Shown here piece after piece: positions 28,318-38,568 of a DNA stretch of 64,000 nucleotides. The stretch is from a bacterium. GTDB taxonomy: Bacteria; RBG-13-61-14; DATKZS01. The first letter of the stretch is position 1, and every line of letters starts with the position of its first letter. The stretch is from NCBI GenBank assembly GCA_963674965.2, contig CAXXFL010000003.1:352001-416000 (forward strand). The letters are read 5' to 3'. The translations under genes and the position numbers were made by a program. The notes under the pieces are model-generated. The model saw only the letters and a list, made by a program, of their open reading frames with translations, did not search any database and had not been told where the DNA came from.

Positions 28318-29393
28318 ATCTTTTTTGGGACCTTTCCGAAGAACCCGTATAGACTTTCGATCTCGCGCCGGGTGAATCCCTTTTCCGTAAGGGGCGCCTC
28401 GAGGTCGGCCTCCGGCTCGATCAGCCGGACCATGAAAAAGGACGCGCCGGGAGGCTCCGGATTGACGCGGAAACCATCCGAGGCGGCCGAGACCAACGCC
28501 GTCCTGCCCTCCTCGATGGGCTCGACCTCACCCGCTGCCGTAACCAGGGCCCGGCCGCCAAGGCCGGTCAAGAGCGTAAAACTCGAGCCCGGCCTTAGGC
28601 TCTCCTCATATTCTCCGCGAAGGTCCAGGCGGGCGCCGGCGAAGCTCTCCGCCGCGAAAAGCAAAGTGACGAAGTTCGGACCGTCCACGTACCCGAGACC
28701 GTTAATAAACAGCCGGGACGGGGCTATGGACACGGTGATGATCCCCTTTACCCCCACCTTCTCGATACCGGCGTCGGCCAGGGGGGCCCCCTGGTGGTGC
28801 GCGCCGCATATCACGGCCAGGACGCCCTTATCCATGGCCAGGGGCATGCCGGCGGGCGCGGAGAAAACCTGGCCGGGCTCGGCCTTGAACTCCTGGAGCA
28901 GTCCGGGGTCCGGTCCTTTTCTCAGGCTCGAGAGGAACTCTTCCTCCCCCAGGTCCCGCCTGCGTCCGTAATATATTTTCGCGCCCGCCCTCGCCTCGAG
29001 CACGTAGACCATGGACTTGACCAGGGACAGGCCCTTTTTATCGTCTCCCTCCCCGGGAGGGTTCATCAGGATCGGCGCGTCCTTGCCCGAGAACGTCACC
29101 ACCCGCGAATCGAAGGAAAGGCCCGCCCTGGCGAGGTCCGACGCGAGCGAGCCGAAGAGGGCGTCGCGAGCTTCCCGGTCCAGGTCCGCCAGGTTCACGC
29201 CCGCCTCGAGGCCATCGGCCGCGGACGTTCCGGCGGAGGCCTCGGTCGAGAACTCGAGGCTGGCCCAGGCCGACGGCGGCGCGTCCGCCCTCCTCTTAAG
29301 GCGCTCGGCCAAGAGGGGTCCACCGCCCCTGCCCGCCAGGTAGCGCGGCGCGAGCGTCATGAGGGCCGGCGTTTTACTTTTCTCGTCGTTCAT
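28314..29393 (-). CDS. Type I phosphomannose isomerase-like cupin protein, degenerate active site
   Basis: YVLEARAGAKIYYG and EPGQVFSAPAG match the PMI scaffold; Zn ligands absent. Confidence 0.6.
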   Translation of the reverse strand: MNDEKSKTPALMTLAPRYLAGRGGGPLLAERLKRRADAPPSAWASLEFSTEASAGTSAADGLEAGVNLADLDREARDALFGSLASDLARAGLSFDSRVVTFSGKDAPILMNPPGEGDDKKGLSLVKSMVYVLEARAGAKIYYGRRRDLGEEEFLSSLRKGPDPGLLQEFKAEPGQVFSAPAGMPLAMDKGVLAVICGAHHQGAPLADAGIEKVGVKGIITVSIAPSRLFINGLGYVDGPNFVTLLFAAESFAGARLDLRGEYEESLRPGSSFTLLTGLGGRALVTAAGEVEPIEEGRTALVSAASDGFRVNPEPPGASFFMVRLIEPEADLEAPLTEKGFTRREIESLYGFFGKVPKKI

Positions 29394-29475
29394 GACCGTC
29401 CTATTTTACCAGATTCGCCGGGCCGTTCATTTCCCGGCTCTGGCCTGGAGTCGTGAAGAGAGTTAGAATGCCCTT

Positions 29476-29730
29476 ATGAAGATCGACGAATACGATGAAG
29501 AGGTGGTCCGCTGTCCCCGCATCGGGGACTTCGTGCCCTTCAAGTATTGCAGGACCTCGGGAAATCCCTTTTGCTGGGTATTGCTTCAATGCTGGGCCCC
29601 CAAGATCGACGTGGGTCAGTTCCTGGCCGACAATTACTCGGCCGAGACGATCCAGCAAGGCCTGAAAAGGCCGGAGGGCGGCCGGGTAAAAAAGATGATC
29701 GAGGTCACCGAGCAATATAAAAACGACTAA
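29476..29730 (+). CDS. Small Cys-rich hypothetical protein
   Basis: RCPRIG...YCR...FCW...QCW, four Cys; typical codon usage. Confidence 0.65.
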   Translation: MKIDEYDEEVVRCPRIGDFVPFKYCRTSGNPFCWVLLQCWAPKIDVGQFLADNYSAETIQQGLKRPEGGRVKKMIEVTEQYKND

Positions 29731-29734
29731 GACC

Positions 29735-30715
29735 TCACTTCGCGGGCAGCCTTTCGATCACGCCGGCTTTCTCGAGGGTCTCAATGAGGTTCCGGGCGAT
29801 CCTTTCGTATCCCGGGCCCTTCGGGTGCATGTCGGGGAGGAAGAGCCGGTTCCTGGCCTCGAGGTCCACCTTGCCCTGGGCGTCCTTGAAATCCCGCCCC
29901 AGCGCCGCGTCATTGTCGCCAAGGGCCGTCTTCATCTCGGAGGCCACTTCCCGAAGCAGCCGGTTGGGAGTGGCAAAGGGATAGTCGGGCTCGGTCACGT
30001 AGGTCATGAGCACGGGCTCGGCGTGATGGGCGCGGCAGAGGGCCACGATGGCGACCAGGTCCCGCTTGGCTCGGCTATAAGTCGCCTCGGCCGGCTCGAG
30101 GTCCCAGGACTCCTCCCTTTTGTGGATGACGGTCCGGCCGCTCCTGTCCCTCGCGGTCTCCTCGGGAGGGGCCGTCCAATCCAGCCGGTGGGCCAGCACC
30201 GACGCGGCCTTGATAAGCTTCACTCGAGTGGTCAAGAAATCCGCCGCCCTCTTTCCCGGTCCCACCTCGAGGCCGTCCGCGGCGTCGGACCAGGACTGGT
30301 CCCGCCGGTTCCAGCCGTTGTTAACGCCGGCCAGCACTATCACGGCCGCGGGCTTATAGGCCTCGAGGTTCGACTCGAGTCCCCTCCTGATCTGGGAGGT
30401 GTTCACGCCCGGGGCGCCCAGGTTGACCACGTTGACGCGGCGTCCCCTTTGCCGGATCATTCGCTCGAGCTGATAAGGATAGGTCTCGTCCGGTCCCACG
30501 CCCGCGCCGTAGGTGTGGCTGTCTCCCAGACAGAGGATGGCGGGAGCGCCGGGGTCGGCAAGGTTGTCCGCGTTTCTTCGCCCGGCCAGGACCGCCCCCG
30601 CCTGGAGGACGCCCTCCACGCCGACCAGGAGAATGGACAAGGCGAAAAGGACGCGGAGTATCCGCCGGCCCGGCGTCCCGGCGCCCTTCCCTTTTTCGGT
30701 CTTTTTATTCTTCAT
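29735..30715 (-). CDS. SGNH/GDSL hydrolase, membrane-anchored
   Basis: Start ATG 30715; GDSHTYG, NLGAPG, GVNN, DMHP blocks. Confidence 0.85.
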   Translation of the reverse strand: MKNKKTEKGKGAGTPGRRILRVLFALSILLVGVEGVLQAGAVLAGRRNADNLADPGAPAILCLGDSHTYGAGVGPDETYPYQLERMIRQRGRRVNVVNLGAPGVNTSQIRRGLESNLEAYKPAAVIVLAGVNNGWNRRDQSWSDAADGLEVGPGKRAADFLTTRVKLIKAASVLAHRLDWTAPPEETARDRSGRTVIHKREESWDLEPAEATYSRAKRDLVAIVALCRAHHAEPVLMTYVTEPDYPFATPNRLLREVASEMKTALGDNDAALGRDFKDAQGKVDLEARNRLFLPDMHPKGPGYERIARNLIETLEKAGVIERLPAK

Positions 30716-31259
30716 CGCCGGAAAGCCCGAGGCGGCCGCCCTTTGCCAGCCATTCCTTGTAATGGCGCCACTCCTGCTCGAAGTTGCGAGTAAAGACGCC
30801 GGAGCCAAGCTTGTTCTCGATTTCCCCGGGGTCCCAGTCGGCCACGCTCTCGATCTCGAGGGGATTGGGAGTAACGGGCCCGTCGTGGATCAGGCCGTAG
30901 GTTCGGAGGTCCTCGCTCTCTCTTCCGGAGCGGTACTTGTAGTCGTACATGTATTGGAGCGCCAGGCCCTCGAGCCCGAGTTCCTCTTTGGTCTCGCGCA
31001 GGGCGGCCTCGAGTCGGCCCTCCCCGGCGTCCACGTGGCCCCCGACTGAGGAGTCCCATTTCCCCGGCGCCACGTCCTTTTGCATGGACCGCTTCTGCAT
31101 GAGCAGCCGGCCGTCGCTCCTGAAGACCAGAACGTGGACGGCCCGGTGGATGAGGGAGGGGTCAGCGTGGACCTCGCGCCTGGTGGCCCGGCCCACCCTG
31201 TTGCCGTCCTCATCGTAAACGTCGAAGACCTCGTCCGGGCTCTGGTAGTCCTTTTCCAT
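30705..31259 (-). CDS. NUDIX hydrolase (IPP isomerase-like subfamily)
   Basis: HRAVHV, QKRS, GGHVDAGE...AALRETKEELG Nudix box. Confidence 0.85.
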   Translation of the reverse strand: MEKDYQSPDEVFDVYDEDGNRVGRATRREVHADPSLIHRAVHVLVFRSDGRLLMQKRSMQKDVAPGKWDSSVGGHVDAGEGRLEAALRETKEELGLEGLALQYMYDYKYRSGRESEDLRTYGLIHDGPVTPNPLEIESVADWDPGEIENKLGSGVFTRNFEQEWRHYKEWLAKGGRLGLSGDEE

Positions 31260-31299
31260 CACCACCAAGGTACCAGCGCGGGCCGGAGCTTTCAAAAGA

Positions 31300-31950
31300 C
31301 TAAGCAAAGGGCACGGGCGGGGGCTGGGTTGGATTATATGTCCTCAGGAACTCCTCGACCTGGGCGGTGAAGCGGTCGGCGGCCTTGCGGGTCCCTATTA
31401 TGGTGGCCCCTTCCCTGGCGGCGAGGTTGAAGGACCAGACGCCGGACATGGGCTGGACAAGGTACACGTCCGCGGAGTTGCCGGCCATCCAGTAGGCCCT
31501 CCATCCGATGTTCCGAAAATTGACGCTCTGGATGGCGCTGCGGTGCAAAAGCACGTCCGTGGAGTTACCCCTGAACGCGAGGTACTCGCCGTCGATATAG
31601 AAATGGCCGAAGTCGTCGGCGTCGTCCAGCACTCCTTCCAGGCCCGCGTACCTCCTGGGCGTCAGGGATATCTGGCAGAACACGCCCCTGTCGCCGGGTC
31701 CGTAATCGCGGGCCAGAAGAAGATACCCGCCGAAAAAGGGAAGCACGACAAAGGTCGATAATAGAAGAGCGGTCCCCGTGGCCAGAAGGAAAAGAAGGCC
31801 GGGCAGGGGACTTTCCTTGTCCAGCATGATCAAGCCCAATACCAGGTAACCGATAATCATCAATTGGGGAAACGCGGCTATGACGTTCCCGTAAATCCGC
31901 CATCCCAGGCCGTACCTGGTGGGCGGAGTCAAGATGATCCGGCTTTGCAT
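31300..31950 (-). CDS. Hypothetical membrane protein
   Basis: RBS GGAGG upstream; two N-terminal TM segments. Confidence 0.6.
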   Translation of the reverse strand: MQSRIILTPPTRYGLGWRIYGNVIAAFPQLMIIGYLVLGLIMLDKESPLPGLLFLLATGTALLLSTFVVLPFFGGYLLLARDYGPGDRGVFCQISLTPRRYAGLEGVLDDADDFGHFYIDGEYLAFRGNSTDVLLHRSAIQSVNFRNIGWRAYWMAGNSADVYLVQPMSGVWSFNLAAREGATIIGTRKAADRFTAQVEEFLRTYNPTQPPPVPFA

Positions 31951-32100
31951 ATCACGTCACCTCCCATGTTTGCCTTTGCTCTAGTCAATCATAGAACGCC
32001 GGGCCGCGTCATGTAAAGTCCTTTTAATTGCCCCGCCAGGGGCGCGGGATATATAATGGCGCGGTGCTTTAATCGAGCAATCTTGGAGGGAGGAAGTATC

Positions 32101-34515
32101 ATGAAAAGGATTTTTTTCGCCGCCCTGGTCCTTATCCTGGCCTCGGCGTCCTGCGTTCTGAGGGGGACCCGGCACGAGACGCTAAATGGAAATCTGTCGG
32201 GCCACGCCTTGGCCGCCCCGGCGGCCATCGTTTACGACGAGCACGGGGTCCCGCACATCACGGCCGAGAACGAGCCGGACCTTTTTTACGCGCTGGGTTA
32301 CGCCCAGGCCCAGGACCGTTTCTTTTACATGGACCTGATGCGGAACGCGGGCCGGGGCCAGATCACCAACGTGCTGGGAAGGCCTTTCAGGTACAAGTCC
32401 TACGACCTCCTGACCATGGATCGCTCGGTCAAGGCCCTGGACTTCGAGGGCCGGGCGAAAGAGGGAGTCGAGTCGCTCGACCCCGAGTCGAGGGAGATAC
32501 TCGAGTCCTACGTCCGGGGCGTGAACCGCTACCTGGATGACGCGGGCAAGGACATACCCGAGTACAAGGCCATGGGCAAGCGTCCCGAGCGCTGGTCCAT
32601 GGAGGACAGCTTCGTGGTCATGGACCTTTACGGCCTGAGCATGACGGCATACAGCCTTTTTTACGAGTATTACGGCGCGCGCCTGGTGGCCCAGGTTGGT
32701 CCGGAGAAGGCCCGCATATTCAACCACGCCTACCCAAAGGACGCTCCCTACATCAACCAGGACAAGATCGAGGCCGTAAGCCGCCTCGAGCGTCTGGGCG
32801 ACGGTCTGGGCGTCCTGGCCTCGATGGCGCCCATGTTCGACTCGATCGGATCGAACAACTGGGTGGTGGACGGCCAGATGAGCGCCTCGGGCAAGCCCAT
32901 TTTGGCCAACGACCCCCACGTGCCCACTCCCCTCGTGCCCACCTTCTGGTATCACGCCCACCTGAAGGCGGGCGGCCTGGACGCCGCGGGCATGATATTC
33001 TCGGGCATTCCACTGATGGGCGCGGGCACGAACGGCAAGGTGGCCTGGGGCATCACCAACGCCCGCTGCGACTACATCGACCTTTTCGTGGAGAAGCTGA
33101 ACCCGGCCAACCCGAACCAATACGAGTACAAGGGCGAGTACCGTGACTTCGAGATAGTGACCGACAAGATACCCGTGTTGAACGGACCCGACGTGAAGAT
33201 CAAGTACCGCCGCTCGGTGCACGGCCCCATCATCGAGGAGGCCATGACCGGCGTGAAGAACCCTCAGACGCCCGGCCAGGTATACAGCCTTCACCTGATC
33301 GACGTCGACTTCGGAAGGTTCTTCAAGGGATACCTGGCCATACCCAAAAGCTCGGACGCCGACTCCATGCACGAGGCGGTCAGGGACATGGGCATGGGCC
33401 CGGTGGCGTGGAACACGGTCTTCGCGACGGTGAGCGGCGACATAGGCTACCTCTATTCCGGCCACGCGCCCAAGCGGCCGGACAACGACGGCATGCTGCC
33501 GCGTCCGGGCACGGGAGAGGCGGACTACGAGGGGCTTATTCCCTTTGACGAGCTTCCCCACGTCAAGAACCCCTCGAAGCATTTCATCGTGACGGCCAAC
33601 AACAAGGTGGAGGGGCCCGATTATCCTTATTACCTGAGCGCGGGTTATAACATACCCTCCCGCGCGCAAAGGATCACCGAGCTTCTGGCCGGGCGGACGG
33701 GTCTCACGCCCGACGACATGGGCGACGTTCAGATGGACGTGAAGGTCAAGTCGGCCGAGCGTTTCGCGCCCATATTCGTGGCCGACCTCGAGGGATCGGG
33801 CGACCCGGACCACGCCCTTTGCGCCGAGCTTCTCGAGGAATGGAAAAACCAGGACTACATGGCCGAGACGTCCTCCCGGGGGACCGGAGTTTACAAGCTC
33901 ATGATGTCCGGCGTGGCCAAAAGGACCTTCGCCGACGACCTGGGCAAGAAGCTCTACTCGAGCATGAGCATGGCCGACATGACCATGAACGCGCTATGGG
34001 AGATACTCGAGGACCCGGACAGCGACTGGTTCGACGACCGGACCACGCCGGCGCTCGAGACCAGAAAGGACGTGGTAAGGGCCGCGGCGGCCGATGCCGT
34101 CAAGAAGATGAAAAAGCTCCTGGGCAAGGACCCGGAGAAATGGGAATGGGGAGACCTGCACACTCTCTACCTTAAAACGCCCTACGGTTTCCTGCCATGG
34201 AACAAGAAGGCCGCCATCGGCAAGTTCCGCCATCGGGGCACCGAGGAGTGCGTGGCCAACGCCTCGTCCGTGTTCGTGGGCGCCATGGGCATCGGATACC
34301 TGGGAGTGGCCGGTCCCTCGAGCCGGATCATCGTGGACATGGCCGACCCGCGCCATCTCCGCTTCAACGCCACCACCGGCAACTCGGAGGACCCGAACTC
34401 GCCCATGTTCGACAACGTCACGCACGACTGGTTTTACGGGAGCTACCGGGTGGTGAGCCTGGATCGAGAGGAATACGAGAGGAACGCCATCGGGACCCTG
34501 ACGCTGTCGCCCTGA
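32101..34515 (+). CDS. Penicillin acylase family Ntn-hydrolase (probable lipoprotein)
   Basis: Start ATG 32101, lipobox ASASC; YDEHGVPHI, AQDRF, GSNNW autocleavage site, ANDPH, TANN. Confidence 0.9.
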   Translation: MKRIFFAALVLILASASCVLRGTRHETLNGNLSGHALAAPAAIVYDEHGVPHITAENEPDLFYALGYAQAQDRFFYMDLMRNAGRGQITNVLGRPFRYKSYDLLTMDRSVKALDFEGRAKEGVESLDPESREILESYVRGVNRYLDDAGKDIPEYKAMGKRPERWSMEDSFVVMDLYGLSMTAYSLFYEYYGARLVAQVGPEKARIFNHAYPKDAPYINQDKIEAVSRLERLGDGLGVLASMAPMFDSIGSNNWVVDGQMSASGKPILANDPHVPTPLVPTFWYHAHLKAGGLDAAGMIFSGIPLMGAGTNGKVAWGITNARCDYIDLFVEKLNPANPNQYEYKGEYRDFEIVTDKIPVLNGPDVKIKYRRSVHGPIIEEAMTGVKNPQTPGQVYSLHLIDVDFGRFFKGYLAIPKSSDADSMHEAVRDMGMGPVAWNTVFATVSGDIGYLYSGHAPKRPDNDGMLPRPGTGEADYEGLIPFDELPHVKNPSKHFIVTANNKVEGPDYPYYLSAGYNIPSRAQRITELLAGRTGLTPDDMGDVQMDVKVKSAERFAPIFVADLEGSGDPDHALCAELLEEWKNQDYMAETSSRGTGVYKLMMSGVAKRTFADDLGKKLYSSMSMADMTMNALWEILEDPDSDWFDDRTTPALETRKDVVRAAAADAVKKMKKLLGKDPEKWEWGDLHTLYLKTPYGFLPWNKKAAIGKFRHRGTEECVANASSVFVGAMGIGYLGVAGPSSRIIVDMADPRHLRFNATTGNSEDPNSPMFDNVTHDWFYGSYRVVSLDREEYERNAIGTLTLSP

Positions 34516-34520
34516 CCCCT

Positions 34521-34575
34521 GAAAAAAGGAAACGAAGGCCGCCGAGAGTCGCGTCGGCGGCCTTCGTCTTTTCCG
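34521..34575. terminator. Bidirectional terminator between convergent genes
   Basis: ACGAAGGCCGCCGA/TCGGCGGCCTTCGT stem with an A-rich left flank and T-rich right flank. Confidence 0.75.
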
Positions 34576-34593
34576 TTGAACCTGGAGAGTTTT

Positions 34594-34992
34594 CTAGACT
34601 ATCTCGGTAAACTCGACCAGCATTCCTTTGCAGCTCTTGGGATGGATAAAGGCCATGACGCCCCCCATCTCGCCCTTGATGGTCAGTCCCTTGCTCTCGA
34701 AGTCCTCCTTCGAGGGCTTGTACTTGTCCACCTTGAGGGAGATGTGATGCAGGCCCTCGCCCTTCTCGGCCACGAACTTGCCCACCGGGCCAACGCCCTC
34801 CTGCGTGGGCTGCATCAGCTCGAAGGCCAGGCTGCCCACCTTGACCACGGCCGATATGTGAAGGCCGAAGTTCATCTTGCCGTCCTTGGCCTTCGAGGTA
34901 TCGAGCTCGGCCCCGAAGACGTCCTGGAAAAACTTGATGCCCTCGTCAATGTTCTTGACCGCCACTCCCACGTGCGCGAGTCCTTCAATCAT
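34594..34992 (-). CDS. VOC family protein, methylmalonyl-CoA epimerase-like
   Basis: Start ATG 34992; HVGVAV, FELMQP, GEGLHHI, FIHPKSCKGMLVE. Confidence 0.8.
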   Translation of the reverse strand: MIEGLAHVGVAVKNIDEGIKFFQDVFGAELDTSKAKDGKMNFGLHISAVVKVGSLAFELMQPTQEGVGPVGKFVAEKGEGLHHISLKVDKYKPSKEDFESKGLTIKGEMGGVMAFIHPKSCKGMLVEFTEIV

Positions 34993-35066
34993 TTTATTAC
35001 TCCTTGTCGAGGACGCCCGGCTTGAATGGCGGGCGTCCCGCGTTTGTTTGCCCGAGGGACCTCGCC

Positions 35067-36299
35067 TCAGACGGACTTCACCACGGTGGCGATCCCGACG
35101 CCGCCGCCGCCGCAAAGCATCTGGACCCCGGCCTTTCCCTTGATCCTGTGAAGATGCCTGCACATCTCGCCGAAATAAACCACGCCCGAGGCCCCGATGG
35201 GATGTCCCAGCGCCACGGCACCGCCGGTGGGATTGACCCTCTCGTCCATCCTGTCGTAGCCCAGGTCGTCGGCGAACTGGAGAAGGGGAGAGACGAAAGC
35301 CTCGTTGGGCTCGATCACGTCCACGTCGTCGATGGTTATCCCGGCCCGTTTCAGCGCCTTCTGAGTGGCGGGGATGGGGGCGAGGAGCATGGGCACCGGC
35401 TCGCCGCCGCTGACCGCGCAGGAGGCCACCTTGCAAAGGGGCTCGAGACCGAGCTGCTCGGCCTTGTCCGCGCTCATGAGCATGACCGCCGCGGCGCCGT
35501 CCACGATCTGGGAGCTGTTGCCGGCGGTCACGATGCCGTCCTTTTGGAAGGGCGTGGGCAGGCGGCCGATGTCGGTGAAAAATCCCTCGGGATCGTCCGC
35601 CGCCTTCGGGCGCAGGACCTCGTCCTTGTCAACCATCTTGGTCTCGCCCCTCCACTTGAACTCGAAGGGGATGATGTTGTCGAACCAGCCCTTGCGCTGG
35701 GCCTCGACCGCCTTCTTCATGCTCCAGGCCCCGAACCGGTCCAGGTCCTCGCGCGAGTGTCCCTGGTCCTTCGAGATCATTTCCGCGCACTGGCCCTGGG
35801 GCACGAACATCTTGGTCTCCATCATCCGGGACGACATGCGCACGGGATACTTGGCGTCCATGGCCACCCGGGCGTCCGAGCCCATGCCGTAGTGGCTCAT
35901 GATCTCGACGCCGGCGCAGACCATCACGTCGCCCTCCCCGAGCATGATCTCGTGGGCCGCGATGTTGATGGCCTTGAGACCCGCGTTGCAGTACTGGTTC
36001 ACCGTGCAGGCCGCCGCCTCCTCGGGAATCTTGGCCAGCAAGGAGGCCACCCGGCCGATGTTGAGACCCTGCTCCCCGATCTGGGAAAGGCATCCCACCA
36101 CCACGTCCTCGATGTCCATGGGGTCGAACTTGTCCGACTTGGCCTTCACCCGGTCAAGAAGTCCAATAAGGGTGTTGGCCAGAAGGTCCTGGGCCGAGGC
36201 CTGGCAGAGCTGGCCGTTCTTCTCCATGCCTTTCCAGCCCGATTTGCCTATCGCCGAGCGCACGCAATCGACGACCACGCATTCCTTAAGTGTTGCCAT
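35067..36299 (-). CDS. Thiolase (3-ketoacyl-CoA thiolase)
   Basis: Start ATG 36299; VNQYC, TAGNSSQIVDGA, NEAF, GHPIGASG, CGGGG. Confidence 0.9.
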   Translation of the reverse strand: MATLKECVVVDCVRSAIGKSGWKGMEKNGQLCQASAQDLLANTLIGLLDRVKAKSDKFDPMDIEDVVVGCLSQIGEQGLNIGRVASLLAKIPEEAAACTVNQYCNAGLKAINIAAHEIMLGEGDVMVCAGVEIMSHYGMGSDARVAMDAKYPVRMSSRMMETKMFVPQGQCAEMISKDQGHSREDLDRFGAWSMKKAVEAQRKGWFDNIIPFEFKWRGETKMVDKDEVLRPKAADDPEGFFTDIGRLPTPFQKDGIVTAGNSSQIVDGAAAVMLMSADKAEQLGLEPLCKVASCAVSGGEPVPMLLAPIPATQKALKRAGITIDDVDVIEPNEAFVSPLLQFADDLGYDRMDERVNPTGGAVALGHPIGASGVVYFGEMCRHLHRIKGKAGVQMLCGGGGVGIATVVKSV

Positions 36300-36334
36300 G
36301 TCAGCTTCTCCTTGGCTTGTTCCGGCCGGGAGCC

Positions 36335-37588
36335 TCAGCCCAGAAGGCCGAGCTCGCTCCTGGCGCAGGTGAGCATGTTGATGTCCGTGGTCCCGGCGCC
36401 CAGCTCGAGCAGCTTGGCGTCGCGGTACATCTTCTCGATGGGGTACTCCCTCATGTAGCCGTAGCCGCCGAAAATCTGCAGCGCCTCGTTGGCGACCTCG
36501 ACGGCGGCGGTGGAGGAGTAGGCCTTGCAGCCGTTCACGTAGCTGGCGTCGCTTACCCCGTTCTTCTGCATCCACGCGATCCTGTAGACCATGTTCTCCA
36601 CGTTCTTGAGATGCATGTACATGCGGTAAATCTTGAGCTGCGTGGCCTGGAACTCCGCGATGGGACGGCCGAACTGGACCCTCTCCTTGGCGTACTTCAC
36701 CGACTCGTCGTAGCAGCGCTCGATGATCCCCCAGCACATGGCCGGCACGCCCGACCGCTCGTTGCCCAGGCTCTGCTTGGTCGCCTGGCGGCCGCCCTTC
36801 TTTTCCTCCGACTCACCCAGAAGGTTCTTGAGCGGGACCTTGACGTCCTCCATGAAAACCTCCGAGGTGGGCGAGTCCTTCATGCCCATCTTGTGGAAGG
36901 GCGTTCCCGTGCTCAGGCCCTCCATCCCCTTCTCGAGAACGAAGGTGTGGACGGCCCTGTCCTCGGGAGGCTCGCCCTTGTCCAGCTTGGCGTAAACTAT
37001 GAAGTAGTCCGCCACCGGGCCGTTGGTGATGAACGTCTTGGTGCCGTTCAGTATATAATTGCCGTTCCCGTCGGGCTTGGCCTTGCTCTTCATGCTGCCA
37101 AAGGCGTCCGATCCCGCGCCCGGCTCGGTCAAGCACCAGGCCCCTATCTTCTGGAGCGTCATCAGAGGGATGCCGAACTCCCGTATCTGGTTGCCCGTGC
37201 CCTTGGAAACCACCGCGCCGCCGGCCAGGCCCGCGCTCACGCCGAAGCTCATGGCCAGGCCCGGGCTGACCCGAGACAACTCCTTGACCATGATCATCAT
37301 GATCATGGGGTCGCCGCCCATGCCGCCCGCGTCCTCGTCCGCGCCCTCGGCCATGATCTTGGCCAGGTCGCCGCCCTCGTCCTTGGCCTCGTCCCGCTTC
37401 TTGGCCACCTTCTCCAGGGCCGGCTTTATCATCATCTCGCCGCCAAGCATCTTGAACATCTTGCTGGCCAGCTCGTACCAGGACTTCTCGCCGTCTTCCA
37501 TGGCCTCGACGTGAGGCTGGATTTCCTTGGTCACGTACTGGCGAAGCATGGTTTGTATCATCTTCTGAGGCTCGGTCATAGTAAACAT
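36335..37588 (-). CDS. Acyl-CoA dehydrogenase
   Basis: Start ATG 37588; WCLTEPGAGSD, NGTKTFITNG, RVQFGRPI, FGGYGY, GAGT. Confidence 0.9.
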   Translation of the reverse strand: MFTMTEPQKMIQTMLRQYVTKEIQPHVEAMEDGEKSWYELASKMFKMLGGEMMIKPALEKVAKKRDEAKDEGGDLAKIMAEGADEDAGGMGGDPMIMMIMVKELSRVSPGLAMSFGVSAGLAGGAVVSKGTGNQIREFGIPLMTLQKIGAWCLTEPGAGSDAFGSMKSKAKPDGNGNYILNGTKTFITNGPVADYFIVYAKLDKGEPPEDRAVHTFVLEKGMEGLSTGTPFHKMGMKDSPTSEVFMEDVKVPLKNLLGESEEKKGGRQATKQSLGNERSGVPAMCWGIIERCYDESVKYAKERVQFGRPIAEFQATQLKIYRMYMHLKNVENMVYRIAWMQKNGVSDASYVNGCKAYSSTAAVEVANEALQIFGGYGYMREYPIEKMYRDAKLLELGAGTTDINMLTCARSELGLLG

Positions 37589-37707
37589 GTTTTTCCTCCA
37601 CCCCTTGGCCCCGTTTCCGGCCAGGGGCCGAAGACGGTTAATAACTGCGAGGCGGGGAGAACCGTGAACGGCCCTCCCCGCGAGTTGAGCTTGATTGGAG
37701 CGCCGCC

Positions 37708-38148
37708 TTACATAGCCGGCAACACGCCCTGAATCTGCATGAGCAGGGAAAGATCGCCCGCGATCTGAATCTTGCCGCCCATGAAAGCCGCCTGGGGGTT
37801 GGTCTCGCCAGAGGTGAGTTCCTTCCAGGTGTCCACGTCGAGGGTAACCGTCGCCGTGGCGTCGTCCTTCTGACCCTCCTCGACGTTGATCTTGCCGCCG
37901 GAGAAGTTCAGAACGTATGCGCCGCCGCCGTCGCCCTCGATCACCCAGCAAATGCTCCCCTCAATGCCCGCGAGCTGGGAAGCCGTGGCCGGGTCGGCCT
38001 CGATCCCCCAGGGGATGGCGATCATGAAAGCCTGCCGCGGGCTCGCTCCCTTCATCGCGTCGCGAAGAGCGTCCTGGTTGCCGGCCCCGATTCCCTTGAG
38101 TACCTCGACGACCTGATCGTCGGACATGTCCGGAGTAACTTGTGCCAT
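37708..38148 (-). CDS. SCP2 sterol/lipid-binding domain protein
   Basis: NPQAAFMGGKIQIAGD motif; RBS GGAGG. Confidence 0.85.
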   Translation of the reverse strand: MAQVTPDMSDDQVVEVLKGIGAGNQDALRDAMKGASPRQAFMIAIPWGIEADPATASQLAGIEGSICWVIEGDGGGAYVLNFSGGKINVEEGQKDDATATVTLDVDTWKELTSGETNPQAAFMGGKIQIAGDLSLLMQIQGVLPAM

Positions 38149-38568
38149 GATTTTATCCTCCCTTTTTTTGGTTTATTCCGTGATATTCCCGTGGACCCCT
38201 AAGTCCGAGAACGTAATATATCAAATGTTATCTGGAAGTCAACTAAAAAATTAAAAAAATTTTATCCAAATGGAAAAACAAGGAATTACAAACGTTACGG
38301 CCTAACGGAAGCCTTTGATAAATAAAGTTAATTTAATGAAACGCCATAAGAATTCCAAGGCGGCGCCTTAGCCCGAAAATGCGGCATGGCAAGCCTTGCA
38401 AATAACGCCGGCGATGAATGTTATCTCTCAAAGTCCCGCCCGATAAGGCAGACAAAATTTCCGACAACCAACTAAAAACGTATACCCTCCAGCCGACCCG
38501 AACATGCTGATCCAACGACCTTTGACAAGAGAACAAACCCAGTGGAAAAGGTTAAATCGCGGACCCTA

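Noticed and set aside
30705-31259. idi (IPP isomerase) completing a mevalonate pathway with the thiolase/HMGS-like genes
   Set aside because: Reads SSVGGH where IDI has a catalytic Cys, carries a full Nudix box, and the HMGS-like protein lacks its Cys
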